The notes: generated from the letters alone by a model not told the origin. Counted from the stretch's first letter, positions 1 to 12,713 are shown. The stretch is DNA of 64,000 nt from Octopus sinensis (GCF_006345805.1 NC_043008.1:63984001-64048000); one strand, 5' to 3'. A program made the numbers and translations.

Positions 1-689
1 AGAATATGTAATGCTGTTTGATTAAACTACAGTAAAAAATTTTGATTTCCTTACAAATATTTAGTATGAACTTTTTCAAATAGAGTCAAGTTCATGTTTC
101 TTTATGGAAACTTTCAAATTTGCTTTTAATTCTGTATTTGTAGAAATTTTAATAATTCTATACGAAATTATAACTGAAAGAGTTAAATTTTTAGTCAAAA
201 ATGTTTCTATTAATGGAGAACTCAGATTATCTTTTTATTTAAAAATTTTTTTTACAGGAATTTCAGTACATTTATACAATTTGTAAATTTTGCTCAGAAG
301 AATTACTTTATTTTTCATATGCAATATTTTTTTTCCAATGATGACTGATTAATTTTTAAATTCTATTTTATCTTGTCTGTAAAAAAAAAATGAAATAAAA
401 TTTTGTCTTGGTGAATTGGCTTTGATGAAGAAATATGAATGAGGAGCAAGAAAAAATAATTGCAACAAAACAAGCTGGTGAATTGCGAGTTTCCATCTTT
501 CATACATAATTGGGAATAATATTGCATTTATTAATCTTGGTGGTGGGCAATATTCTTATGAGTTTGGACACATAAGTCCGCAGCAATTTTGACCTTTGGT
601 CACAGTCCATAACTAATCAGAGAAGTAAAACACTTGATCATCAGCAGATATAACCAGCATGAAATGCAATTTGGAGACAAATCGAGGTA

Positions 690-1411
690 GAAATGACACC
701 AGAGGGAACATATGGAAGAGTTAGACACAAAAAGATGCGAGAGGAAGTAATAACGAAAGATCTTCAGACATAGGACCTTACAGAGGGGATAGCAGGGGAC
801 CAAGACTCCTGGCAGTTTGTTGCACTTGAGAAGACACACCAATCTATGTAAAATCGTGGCTGTTCTTGCATATTGGTATGTCCCTTGCATCCTTCTTCAG
901 CTGAGTGTTCATAATACTGCAGGGTTGTGCATGCTGGTGTCACATAAAAAAGCATCTGTACCAGTGCCCATAAAAGCACCCATGCCACTGTGGGCGCAAA
1001 CACAAGAGCGGGCAGCTGAAGACCTGGGCAACGACGATAAAGGAGGGCCTCTTCGAACTCTCAGGTCTGCGCAGATGGAACCACGAATGGCTCACTATCT
1101 CCAGTGACCTCACACAGGACCGTCGAGTGTGGGATGCCATGGTTTGTGATGCCGTCAGGACCAGAGAAGCTGGTTCAACCCACCCTGGGTGAGCGCTGTC
1201 ACAAGTACAAGTACAAGTAAGTACTGCTGAGTAAAAGCACCCAGTACATGCTGTACAGTGGTTGGCATTAGGAAGGGCAACCATGGCGAAACAGATGTGG
1301 AGTGTGTGCAGCTCTTCAGCTAGCCAGCTCCTGTCAAACTGCTTGAACCATGCCAGCTTGGAAAATAAACACAAAATGATGATGGATATGATGAACATGA
1401 TGATGATGATG
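690..1411 (+). mobile_element. RTE-clade LINE 3' fragment (ORF2 C-terminus + 3' UTR + (GAT)n tail)
   Basis: Degenerate KDLQT.DLTEG...LEKT-type C-terminus. The 3' UTR motif (TTGGCATTAGGAAGGGC...AACCATGCCAGC) is shared with 17386-17830 and 34400-34890. Ends in GATGATGATG. Confidence 0.75.
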
Positions 1412-2139
1412 TAAAATTTGCATTGAAGTCAAGTCATCCAACTAACAACAGAAAATAGATTTCAAAATGAAGGACTTCATTTCTTTTACTGTTTAATGAT
1501 TCACAGCACAAAAGGCCAAGTGTTCTATAGATTAAACAATAAAAAGAAACTAAAATGGTGGCAAATGATTTGAAAATTATTTCACTTCAGTTGACATTTC
1601 TATTGAAGAGAGCAGAACTGATTAAAACTTATCTGCTACAATTTCAGACAATATTAAGTTTAAAATGTAAAACTTCCTATCAATATCTCTGTTAAAAGCT
1701 GGTAGCTGCCAATTTACAAATTGATATGTATCAATACATGTCAATATCAAGTGACAGAATTAATAGAGTGTCAGACAAAACATCTAGTTGTAATTACTTA
1801 TATCTAATTAGTGTTGTCACTTTACTTTTGGAGTTTAAAGTTCACTAGGATTAACTCTGCCTTTTTATCTTCTGAAGTGAAAAAATTATGCATATACATA
1901 TATATAAATACACCCCCACAACACATACACACACAAATATAAATTAATGTTTTCTACTATAGCTTCAGGCCAACCAAAGCCTTGTGAGTGGATTTGGTAG
2001 ATGGAAACTGAAAGAAGCCTAACATATATATGTATATATATATATATAATATATATATATAATAAATATTAGGGAATAAATCCAAATTTACAGGGAAAAA
2101 ATCAGATTTAGGATTAAATCCAATTTTATAGTAAAATAT

Positions 2140-2312
2140 TATATAATATTATTAGAGACAAAACCACTATTTTGCAAAACAAACAGGAAAGACTTAATCA
2201 ATACATAAAATTTTAATAAAAAGTTGACTTTTTATTAAAATTTTATGTATTGATTAAGTCTTTCCTTGTTTGTTTTGCAAAATAGTGGTTTTGTCTCTAA
2301 TAATATTATATA
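2140..2312. repeat. Near-perfect 173-bp palindrome (about 85-bp arms, one indel)
   Basis: ATATAATATTATTAGAGACAAAACC...AATAAAAAGT-TG-ACTTTTTATT...GGTTTTGTCTCTAATAATATTATAT. Confidence 0.95.
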
Positions 2313-2523
2313 TATATATATATATATATAAGTAATACTAAGCAATAAGGGTTCAGCAACGAATTGCCTTACCACATACCGAATTTAGAAATAGCAGTCA
2401 AAGGGTTATAGCTATTTCTTCTACTAAAAAGGGAGATCTCAGTAAAAACAGCAATTGGAAGGCTGACACAAACAGGTAAGAGAGAATGAATTAACCGCAA
2501 TCTATCAAACATTTTTAAAGTTA

Positions 2524-2630
2524 TCCACGGACGTACGTTTCGAAATCAAGTTTTAGGAAAGCATAAGAATTAAAATATTAAATATTAAATAATTCTATCT
2601 TACCGAAACTTCTTTTCTCTTCAGCGTGGA
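2524..2630 (-). ncRNA. Type I hammerhead ribozyme, canonical core, extended stem II
   Basis: Minus strand reads TCCACG-CTGAAGA-GAAA...TTTC-GAAAC-GTAC-GTC-CGTGGA. Stem I is 6 bp, G10.1-C11.1 is present, stem III is palindromic (ACGTACGT) and the cleavage triplet is GUC. Confidence 0.9.
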
Positions 2631-3124
2631 ATACTATAATCATAAATGATTATATATTGAATTTTGAGATACTAGGAGGTACCAACTCAACTCAGTATCA
2701 GAGCGAGCTAGAATCCTCAACTAGTATCACCGAATTCAATTTGTGAATGAAACGATTGAGTCAACAGCCCCTTCCACCCGCGTGTAGCCAAAACAAGATG
2801 CTGTAGTCATCTACTGAGATAAAATATGGTTATCCGTAATAATGAAGGGTGAAATTAATTAATTTGGAATAATTATCAATTACACAAGTAGTCTTCGGCA
2901 TGTAAAAGCCTCATTGAGGAAAATTTAAGTAATACTAAGCAATAAGGGTTCAGCAACGAATTGCCTTACCACATACCGAATTTAGAAATAGCAGTCAAAG
3001 GGTTATTTATAGCTATTTCTTCTACTAAAAAGGGAGATCTCAGTAAAAACAGCAATTGGAAGGCTGACACAAACAGGTAAGAGAGAATGAATTAACCGCA
3101 ATCTATCAAACATTTTTAAAGTTA

Positions 3125-3231
3125 TCCACGGACGTACGTTTCGAAATCAAGTTTTAGGAAAGCATAAGAATTAAAATATTAAATATTAAATAATTCTATC
3201 TTACCGAAACTTCTTTTCTCTTCAGCGTGGA
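3125..3231 (-). ncRNA. Type I hammerhead ribozyme, second tandem copy
   Basis: Same motif as 2524-2630, offset by 601 bp. Confidence 0.9.
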
Positions 3232-3764
3232 ATACTATAATCATAAATGATTATATATTGAATTTTGAGATACTAGGAGGTACCAACTCAACTCAGTATC
3301 AGAGCGAGCTAGAATCCTCAACTAGTATCACCGAATTCAAATTTGTGAATGAAACGATTGAGTCAACAGCCCCTTCCCACCCGCGTGTAGCCAAAACAAG
3401 ATGCTGTAGTCATCTACTGAGATAAAATATGGTTATCCGTAATAATGAAGGGTGAAATTAATTAATTTGGAATAATTATCAATTACACCAAGTAGTCTTC
3501 GATATATGTGTGTGTATGTATGTATGTATTTATGTATGTGTGTCTGTGTCTGTGTTTGCCCCCCCCCCCACTATTGCTTGACAACCGATGTTGGTATGTT
3601 TACATTTCCATAACTTATTGATTTGGCAAGAGTGACTGACAAAATAAGTACTAAGCTTACAAAGAATAAGTACTGGGATTGATTTCTTCGACTAAAACAT
3701 TTAAAGCAGTGCTCCAGTATGGCTGCAGTAAAATGATTGAAAGAAGTAAAAGAATATTCTTTTC

Positions 3765-3935
3765 TACTCTAGGCACAAGGCCTAGAATATGCAACTAGTA
3801 CTTAATTTATCCATCTTGAAAGGATAAAATGCAAAGTCTACCTTGGCAGAATTTGAACTCAGAACGTAAGGACAGATGAAATATCACTAAGCCTTTTGTC
3901 TGATGTGCTAATGTTTCTGCCAGCTCAATACCTTA
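3765..3935 (-). mobile_element. tRNA-derived SINE (family B)
   Basis: Reverse complement of the GAGCTGGCAGAAAC...GTTCTGAGTTCAAATTC...TTTCATCCTTTC family seen at 16108-16312. Confidence 0.75.
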
Positions 3936-4039
3936 AAGAAATAAAAGAATAAAACAATATACATAAAAGTCATGTACTAGGTTATATTAAATTCAATACT
4001 CACTTTCTTTTGCAAATTTTGTGACCATTCACTGAAACT

Positions 4040-4220
4040 AGAAATGCTTGGCAGTATTTTGTCAGTCTTTATGTTCTGAGTTCAAATTCCACTACGGTTG
4101 ACATCGTTTTTAATCCTTTCAGGGTCAATGAATTAAGTTCCAGTTGCATGCTGGGGTCGATCTAATCAACTGGCCCCCTCCCCCAAAATTTCGAGCCTTG
4201 TGCCAAGAGTAGAAAAGAAT
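4040..4220 (+). mobile_element. tRNA-derived SINE (family B)
   Basis: B-box GTTCTGAGTTCAAATTCC, central TCCTTTCAGGGTCAATGAATTAAGT, tail CCTTGTGCCAAGAGTAGAAAAGAA. Confidence 0.75.
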
Positions 4221-5124
4221 ATTTTATTGTTTCATCTCAGCTACCATTACAATTTCAACCAGTGTATATCTCGGTCCTCTCACATCTCCACCATATGATC
4301 CAGTGTCATCATGTAGCTGATATTTTATTATTTTATCTCAGCTACCATAACAGTTTAAACCGGAACATATCTCAGTCCCCTGTCATCCCCTTCATAAGGT
4401 TCAGCATTTTCATGTAGCAAATATGTAGGAAAATAAAAATAAAAATAAAAATAAGGAATAAGTGGAAATTTCACTGGTGAGTGTGTTAAATAATAAGGCA
4501 CTAAAAGAAAATTACTCTCCCCAGGCACAACAGAATATGCTTCAACACACGAACTCACATAAAAAATCTTGTAAACAAAATCCAAAAACGAAATATTTTG
4601 TTTTATCTCAGTTCAAACAAGTGCACACTATGCATTTACAGGTGAAATCTCTGTCTGGAATTGTGAATCTGGAAGGTTTTTGCTTGCAGACTTATATATT
4701 TTTCTGGACAAATACTCATCATTTACACATATTCATGGTGGTGAATCTCACTCTTTCAATGATAAGTGTTCAGCTGTTTGATCAATCAAGTAACAATGAT
4801 CATTCTGCATGTTTGTCCTTATAATTCTCATGCAGGATCAGTGTGACACAATGCATGATAAGGTAGTGCCTTGTGAATATTAGGTACAATTCAGCCTATG
4901 GGCTTCTGCACAGTTTCTGTGTACCCATTTTCACTCATAAGATTTGGGTCAACCTGATGCTATAGAAAATGATATTTGCCCACGATGCTGAATATGTTAG
5001 AAATGTAAGAATTTGCATGGGATGATAGCAGTATTTGTTCTGCTCTTTGTGTTCTGAGTTCAAATCCTGCAGTGATCTACTTGGGTTTCTTTTTCTGTTT
5101 TCTTTTATTTGTTTCAGTCATTTG

Positions 5125-5373
5125 ACTGCAGCCATTAGTCAAAGCAATCACCCCCAGGACTTATTTTTTGTAAGCCTGGTACTTATTCTATCATTCTCTT
5201 TTGCTGAACTGCAAAGCTACGGGGACATAAAAATATGAACATCGGTTGTCAATAGCTGGTTGGGGACCAACACAGACACAAACATATATATATAATAAAA
5301 AGCTTTAATAAAATGTTTATAGTATGAAACAATTGTACTAAACTACTGATCCATTCTTGTTGCTTATTTTTTA

Positions 5374-5420
<47 letters not shown>

Positions 5421-5582
5421 ACAGGCTTCTTTCAGTTTCCATCAACCAAATCCACTCACAAGGCTTTGGTCGGCCCAAGGCAATAATAGAAGACACTTGC
5501 CCAAGGTGCCACACAGTGGGACTGTACCCAGAACAATGTGATTGGTAAGCAAGCTAATTACCACATAGCCACTCCTGCACCT
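5125..5582 (-). mobile_element. tRNA-derived SINE (family A) with a truncated ribozyme module (~5295-5375) in its (TA)n
   Basis: Reverse complement of 11147-11565. The internal TATAGTATGAAACAATTGTACTAAA matches the 3' half of the HHR at 44365-44449. Confidence 0.75.
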
Positions 5583-5943
5583 ATTTGGTAGACTTAATTC
5601 ATTGCACAGCTTACTATCACCTTATCGAATCCTAGTTACCTTTAGCAGAGGCCATGCTTTTGTGAGCATTTTGGTCAGGTCTCAAAGTTTGAGGATGCTT
5701 CACTCTCTCCCCTCCACTAGTCTTGAACACCTGGTGCAGGATGATGGGCACTACATTCCAACTAGGTTTAAAAAAATACATAAGATGCCGGATTTTAAAT
5801 TTACAATTTAGATATCGGGAAGATTTTTAAACTGCTGGTTACATAACAAAATTAAACATGTTAGAAATGATTGCAGCATAGATGTAGGAAATCTCCAATT
5901 TCAAGGAACACAGTGCAAACAACAATTTCTGATAATAACATAC

Positions 5944-6029
5944 CTTGAAATGACAAATGAAGATAGATTAGTTCCCCAAAGAATGGTTATACAAAGAATG
6001 ATTGCAGAGAAAGGGTATTTTGAAAACAT
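5944..6029 (-). CDS. Candidate first coding exon with a signal-peptide-like sequence (host gene unidentified)
   Basis: ATG at 6029 reads MFSKYPFSAIILCITILWGTNLSSFVIS+AG, followed by a strong donor AAG|GTATGT. There is an in-frame stop just upstream and a possible acceptor TTGTCGTTCAG near 6075. The start context is weak. Confidence 0.3.
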
Positions 6030-7980
6030 CAATTATAATATATACATGTAGTAAATTCTGGGTTGATATGGATCTGAACGACAATTTATCACAATTGGAA
6101 ATGAGTGAACATGCATGAGCATGTGTGCATGTATATGTGCATGTTGTGTGTGTATGTTCACATGTGCATGTGCATGCATGTATGTTGTGTGTGTGTGTGT
6201 GAGCTTCAGAATATAGGTGTGTGAATTACAGGTTGATGCAGAAACAAAATTGCGGTTACATCAGCATGTGTGAATTCTTGCTTGTAAGAGAATTGTTTTA
6301 AGAGAAATGTAGCTAGTTTGTACCGCTATATATATATGTGAACACATATATATGCAGGGCAGACAGATTATATTACTTAACAACCAGTGGGAATTTAACT
6401 GAAACTAATCATTGTATAACTTTAGATTAAATTGGGTTAGAGTCATTATGGTCACAGCAGCAATGTTAAAAGTTGCTATGGTGCAATACCGAAACTCAAT
6501 TAAATTCTCATTTACTTCGTTTGGAGTCTGTACTAATTATTTTTGTCTTTGTGAGGTCCTTTCCTGTCTTTAGACTATAATGATATAAAATTCATTAATA
6601 AACTGTTTGCAGTACTGTACAGTAAATATACAGAGTAGAATTTGACTTCATGGAATTCAAAAGATATATATATATATACATACAGGTGCATGCATTTTTA
6701 TATATATATATATATATAAACACACGCACCTCTATGTATATATATATATCTTTTGAACTCCATTAAGTCAAATTTTACTCTGTTTATTTACTGTATGTAT
6801 ATATATATATATATATTATATATATATATATATATTCATATATATATATATAGATATATAGATAAATAGATAGATATAGATATATATACATACATATATA
6901 TATATGCATATATAAATATATATATAGAGATAGATTGGTATATATATATTTATATATATATATATATACAAATATATATATATATGTATATGTGTATATA
7001 TGTATATATATTAAATAAATACATAAATGCACTCGCAGATACACGCATGCATGAATATATATATAATATATATGCGTGCATATATATAAGCATGCTTATA
7101 TATATAAGTATAGATGTGTGTGTGTGTGTGGATAATGAATATGACACATATCCATAAGAAAGAAGAAGAAAAATTAATGTAATATAGTTTTTAAGTATAT
7201 GCAATTACATTGCCAATACATTTAAGTTTATACATTACACCCACAAGAATAATGCTATCCACAAAATAAATATTTACACATTTGATACTTTTAGCTATAA
7301 AACTAATGCAAATTTCAAGTTTGGCTTGTCGATTTAACATGTTATTAATTTGTAGAAAAAAAAAAATTATTTCTAATCATTACATTTTATAAAATTAAAC
7401 AAAATTTTCTTCACAAATAAGTTTGTCAGACATGGCGGTTCATTTATAACTGGCAGTTTGCAATGTACTGTAATTTGCTCTGGCAGAAATGGACAATTAA
7501 ATTATATCACATTGAATTGATTTTATTTTTTGCAAGAGCGTTTATACTCCTATCACTACCACACACTCTGCCAGGCACTGTTAAAATCAAAGTCTCTTTT
7601 CTGTTAGTAACATTTTGATGACTGTTGTTGTTTGTTTTTCTGTTTTGTTTTGTTTTGTTGTTTTTTTTTGTTTTGGGTTTTTTTTATGTTCATTAGAAAT
7701 ACAGACTAATTTTTTAGCAACTTATTTTTGTTCAACAAACATGTGATTAGAATTTCCAAGGAAAGAATTTCAGGACAGATTTTTACAAGCAAGGCTAACC
7801 AGCGAGGAACCTAAGGTTAAACAAGTCAGATAGTTGGAAAAGAATCTTTGTTCTCAATTTGTCTCACTTGGAGATTCAACTGGAGAAAATTCTTGTTGTT
7901 GTTTCTAACAGGATCTTCTGGAGGGTATGTCCAAGGACACTTCCTGCACAATTGTCACAGGAATTATGGAGTACAAAAAT

Positions 7981-8212
7981 AGATGAATGTATAGTTGAGT
8001 GGCTGGTTGGCTGGATGGTTGGATAGATGGATGGACAGATGGATGAATGGATAGTTTGATGACTGGATTGAGATATGGATGAATGGATGGATGGACAGAA
8101 GGGTGGATGGAGGGATGATGGATAGATGGATGGACAAAGATGGATTGATCGACAGATGTTTGGATTGATGGATGGATGGATGCTTAGATGGATGGGTGGA
8201 TAGATGGATAAA
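7981..8212. repeat. Degenerate (GATG)n microsatellite
   Basis: Repeated GGAT/GATG units. Confidence 0.85.
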
Positions 8213-8679
8213 TAATTAAATGAACAGTCTACAGATTTTATTCTTCATCTAAATATATCAGAAGTGCTTTAGAAATGGTTTAATTTATGAAAAGTGTAGT
8301 ATTAAATACATCTAAAATCTAGCTTTGCATGGTTTACCCTCCATGGCTGGTCTGACATTGATATTACATGAAGCAAAATTATTTCCTCTTGCTTATTCTT
8401 CAAAATTTGAATAGATGTTGTGCTTTTTTCTTGTTTTATTTTCAGGTTTTGGTGCTTCCTTAAGAAAGACATCATTGTGAAGACTCTAAGCCAGTGAATG
8501 AAGAATGTGATTGACCAGGTACATTCTGTGGCAGTCCCATCCTCAGAACACAAAAGATATTCATAGAGATGGGCACCAACAGTTTGAAGAAGATCAACAA
8601 GGCTGTATTGCATCCAAACCTGTCAGAGCAGAGGTTCTCAAGCAGGGATCACATTATCTTTGGGGGTCCATATAAGATG

Positions 8680-9059
8680 TTGCTGCTGTTGCTGTTGCTG
8701 TTGAGCGAAGCGGTCTTTGTCCCAGTGGGAGAAGTCCGAAATGTGGTCCTTTGCTATTCATAAGACCAGCAGAAGAGAAAGCAGGTCAACCCCTGACACC
8801 GAGAGCATCGACAGATGGATGAATGCACATCCAGGCACAGCAGTTGCATAGGAAGTCAGGGACAAGAAACAGGAAGAAAGAGTGAGAGAAAGTTGGGGCA
8901 AAAGAGTACAACAAGGTCACCACCACCCCCTGCCAGAGCCTCGTGGAGCTTTAGGTGTTTTTGCTCAATAAACACACACAACGCCCGGTCTGAGAATTGA
9001 AACCACGATCCTCCGACCGTGAGTCCGCTGCCCTAACCACTGGGCCATTGCCCTCCACA
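8680..9059 (-). mobile_element. tRNA-derived SINE (family C)
   Basis: Minus-strand head TGTGGAGGGCAATGGCCCAGTGGTTAGGGCAGCGGACTCACGGTCGGAGGATCGTGGTTTCAATTC contains A- and B-box-like sequences. Ends in a (CAA/CAG)n tail. Confidence 0.8.
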
Positions 9060-9094
9060 GATGTTGCTGCTGAAGTTTATGTGCAATAATTTAT

Positions 9095-9852
9095 ATGAAT
9101 TTCTTGAATTTCTTTGTCGCTGGCAAGCCAGGATGTTTCCACTCCATGCTCTGTCTTTTGGATTCTACATCATAATGTTGGGCCCACATTTTCTCTCCTG
9201 TGACTATTCTGCTCAAAAATTCCTTGCCCTCATTGTTGTAGTGATCAAGTAAACGTTGGCAGGCCTCAAGACATTTGTACTTGTGCTTTGCAGTAAACTC
9301 TCTTAGCACCAATCTTGCACAGACAGACTTTATGAAAGCCAAGCTCATCATGGATGATTTGATAGTCAGAACTACAACTAATCTGCAGAGAATGATCTAC
9401 CTCATCGATGATAACTTGCCGGTTCACCATCACCATTTCTCAAGCTTGCTGAATCTTCTCATCAGTGGAGGAGGTTGATGAGTAGCCTACTCCCTCTTCA
9501 TGCATCATGCTTGTCCAGCCACTTTTAAACTTCTTGATCCATTCATGCACACTTCTATACAGTAGTGCACTGTTCCTTATTGTGCAAAACGCTTCCAATG
9601 AATTTCAGCATCTGACACACATTCCAAGCAGAGAAACTGGATCACTGCTCTTTGTTCTTCTTTGGTGCACATTGCTAGTGCAGTGGTCATGCTTATACTG
9701 TAAAGCCAGAAAGAAAAGTGGAGTGATCAGGCTCAAACTTCGATCACATGACCATAATAGTACCAACTATAAGAACACATGTGCAGAAGGTAGTCTGACA
9801 ATAATAAAGACATATTATGACAAAAGAGCAGATAATTTTTGACTTCCCTTCA
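9095..9852 (-). mobile_element. Mariner transposon, 5' half, decayed
   Basis: Translation KSVCARLVLREFT...FLSRIVTGEKMWAQHYDVESKRQSMEWKHPG matches the mariner WVPRxL and first-D region. TIR-like end TA|TGAAGGGAAGTCAAAAATTATC at 9852. Confidence 0.85.
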
Positions 9853-9879
9853 TATTTCTATAATACACAAAATATTTTA

Positions 9880-10275
9880 ACAAATATAGTAGGTTGCTTA
9901 CGAACCATATGGTTCCGGGTTCAGTCCCACTGAGTGACACCTTAGGCAAGTGTCTTCTACTATAGCCTTGAGCTGACCAAAGCCTTGTAAGTGGATTTGG
10001 TAAACAGAAACTGAAAGAAGCCCATCGTATATATGTATATGCATATATATATATATGTGTGTATATATGTTTGTGTGTCTGTGTTTGTCTCCCCAACATC
10101 GCTTGACAACCGATGCTGGTGTGTTTACGTATCTGTAACTTAGCGGTTCGGCAAAAGAGACTGATAGAATAAGTACTAGGCTTACAAAGATTAACTCCTG
10201 GGGGTCGATGGGCTCAACTAAAGGCAGTGCTCCAGCATGGCCACAGTCAAGTGACTGAAATAAGTAAAAGAGTAA
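9880..10275 (+). mobile_element. tRNA-derived SINE (family A)
   Basis: Colinear with 11147-11565. Confidence 0.8.
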
Positions 10276-10307
10276 ATATCACAAGCATCCTGTCTGATTC
10301 TCTAATA

Positions 10308-10982
10308 CAGTGATTCTCAACTCGGGTCCATATGACCCTTGGGGTCCACAGAAGATTTGAGCAAGGGTGGGGGGAGCCCATGCAAGCTAAATAGTAAATC
10401 AGGAACACACAGTAGTATATTACAGGGTCCATGAAACAATTTTGATTTAGATGTCTCTCAATAACCTTTCATCATCTGACACAAGATCAGCCCCCAACCC
10501 ATGCTCTCTCCCCTCTCAAATATTTCTTGTCTTGCAAAGTTACTTGGTAACCCTGCTAGTGCAGGTGGCACTTAGAAAAAAATCCGTCCACACTGCAAAG
10601 TGGTTGGCATTTGGAAGGGCATCCAGCTGTAGATTGGTGTTATGAAGGGCATCCATCCATAAAAACTGTGTCAAAACATAAAACTATGGTTCAGGCTTCT
10701 ACCTGGCCAGCTCCTGTCAAACTGTCCAACCCATCCCAGCAAGGATGGGTTGGACATCATCATCATGATGATGATGATGATGATGTATTTATTAGAAGAA
10801 CCAGCTACATTTCTTTCTCTAATGTTCAACCTACATGAGTTAATATTTGAAAAACAAAACCAGAATTTTGAAAGAAGTACCTATAAAACTAGTTTTTAAA
10901 CATCAAATGGCTATGGAGGTCCACCAAAATAAAATAGCAATTAAAAGGGTCCATAAGTAAAAACAGTATTTGAGAAATACTG
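10308..10982. mobile_element. hAT-type MITE with a nested RTE 3' UTR (~10541-10790)
   Basis: Termini are CAGTGATTCTCAAC and TTTGAGAAATACTG, with subterminal GGGTCC repeats. The 8-bp flanks CTCTAATA / CTGTCATA are only partly matching. Confidence 0.6.
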
Positions 10983-11146
10983 CTGTCATAATTCTGCTAG
11001 CCTACTGTCCCCTAGACTTGCTTTACATTTATCAATCCTGAGAGGTTTTAAAAGGCAAAGATAACTTCTCTAGGATTTGAACTTGGAATACAAAAGAACC
11101 AGGTTAAATATCACAAAAGTATTTCTTCCAGTTGATCATAATTTTT

Positions 11147-11565
11147 AGGCGCAGGAGTGGCTGTGTGGTAAGTAGCTTGCTAACCAACCACATGGTTCCG
11201 GGTTCAGTCCCACTGCGTGGCACCTTGGGCAAGTGTCTTCTGCTATAGCCCCGGGCCAACCAATGCCTTGTGAGTGGATTTGGTAGACGGAAACTGAAAG
11301 AAGCCTGTCATATATATGTATATATATATATATGTATGTATGTATGAGTGTGTGTTTGTGTGTCTGTGTTTGTTCCCCTAGCATTGCTTGACAACCGATG
11401 CTGGTGTGTTTACGTCCCCGTCACTTAGCGGTTCGGCAAAAAGAGAACCGATAGAATAAGTACTGGGCTTACAAAGAATAAATCCCGGGGTCGATTTGCT
11501 CGACTAAAGGCGGTGCTCCAGCATGGCTGCAGTCAAATGACTGAAACAAGCAAATAAAAAAGAGT
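11147..11565 (+). mobile_element. tRNA-derived SINE (family A), best-preserved copy; CORE-like central segment
   Basis: A-box GTGGCTGTGTGG, B-box GGTTCAGTCCC, CACCTTGGGCAAGTG core, internal (TA)n/(TG)n, tail GACTGAAACAAG. More than 15 copies occur in the window (e.g. 12427-12910, 31115-31410, 58325-58680, 61095-61430). Confidence 0.9.
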
Positions 11566-12591
11566 ATATGAATACCATCAATACTGAATTTGTGGAATAT
11601 TTTTGTCCAGTAACTTTCCAAACACTAGCTTAAAATCTGGAAAGCTATTTTTCTATATCCTTCCAATTTATTGATTATTTTCAAATTTAATTGAAATACA
11701 GATAGTGTATTTCATCAGAAATATAGTAATGAAAGGGTTAAACAATGTTTGTCAATGTAAACCTCCACTAGCTTCTTTCGTGGTTGGTTTTGATTTGCAA
11801 CTACAAAGCAGATATTTTCTCAATTTAGCATGTTTCCACTTTTCCTGGATTGTCAGTACAGACACTACATGAATTATATTTTTATATAAAACGTTATGAA
11901 ATGTAGTGATATGTGGTTTAATAGATTTTTACCGAATTATATCAAACATAATTCAGTTGGCCCGATTTAGCTTTTTTTCTTCTGAATTTACTAACGTATA
12001 TAAAGTATTTTAAAAATAACATGTAAAACTCTGAGATCTGAAGATACTTTAACTCGGTTATTTTAAACCAAATCTAATCTTTTGAAAAATAAGTGTTGTA
12101 ATTACGAATAAGCAGTTTCCAGACATTTCTTTTTTGACTGGAAAACAAGAAAGAAAAAAGAAAAGGAAAAAAATGTTGATATAAAAACCATGAGTAAGTT
12201 TCTGCCAAGTGAATGACCTGATAAAAATAACATTCTGATCATTCTTTATCGACTTTAAAAATGGCAGAATGCATTGTACGATGTTCTAGCTACACTGTCT
12301 CTAAAAGAAAAGATAGGATGGTCACATCTGGAATACTTCTGACCATAAGTCTGCGTGACCAGGGCGGGCTTGGGGCTAAGCAAAACAGAATGATTTTTAA
12401 AGGGTTCAAGAAATAAATTATACATATAGGTGCAGGGGTTGGTGTGTGATAAGTAGCTTGCTAACCAACCACATGGTTCTGGGTTCAGTTTCACTGCATG
12501 GCACCATGGGCAAATGTCTTCTATTATAGTCTCAAGCTGACCAAAGCGTTGTGAGTGGATTTGGTAGATGGAAACTATAAGAAGCCCATTG

Positions 12592-12713
<122 letters not shown>

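Larger units (their letters stand above)
2331..3500 (-). repeat. Head-to-tail tandem of a ~600-bp non-coding unit, each copy carrying a hammerhead ribozyme (PLE pseudo-LTR / retrozyme-like)
   Basis: AGTAATACTAAGCAATAAGGGTTCAGC starts at 2331 and at 2928. The copies differ only by small indels. No ORF. Confidence 0.9.
1952..3762 (+). mobile_element. tRNA-derived SINE (family A) split at its internal (TA)n by inserted hairpin and ribozyme modules
   Basis: The middle part (CCAAAGCCTTGTGAGTGGATTTGGTAGATGGAAACTGAAAGAAGCC) is at 1970-2020. The 3' part (TTGCTTGACAACCGATG...GACTAAA...CTCCAGTATGGC) is at 3503-3762. Both match the intact copy at 11147-11565. Confidence 0.75.

Noticed and set aside
4642-4675. 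Possible plus-strand micro-exon GEISVWNCESG (WD40-like)
   Set aside because: Poor polypyrimidine tract, weak donor (GTTTTT) and no partner exons.
6784-7204. ORFs rich in Y/I (also 12555-12783, 54811-55084, 61790-62107)
   Set aside because: These are translations of (TA)n/(GATA)n microsatellites.
8446-8518. AG...GT-bounded segment with a good acceptor
   Set aside because: Stops in all three frames; it could only be a non-coding exon and nothing else supports it.
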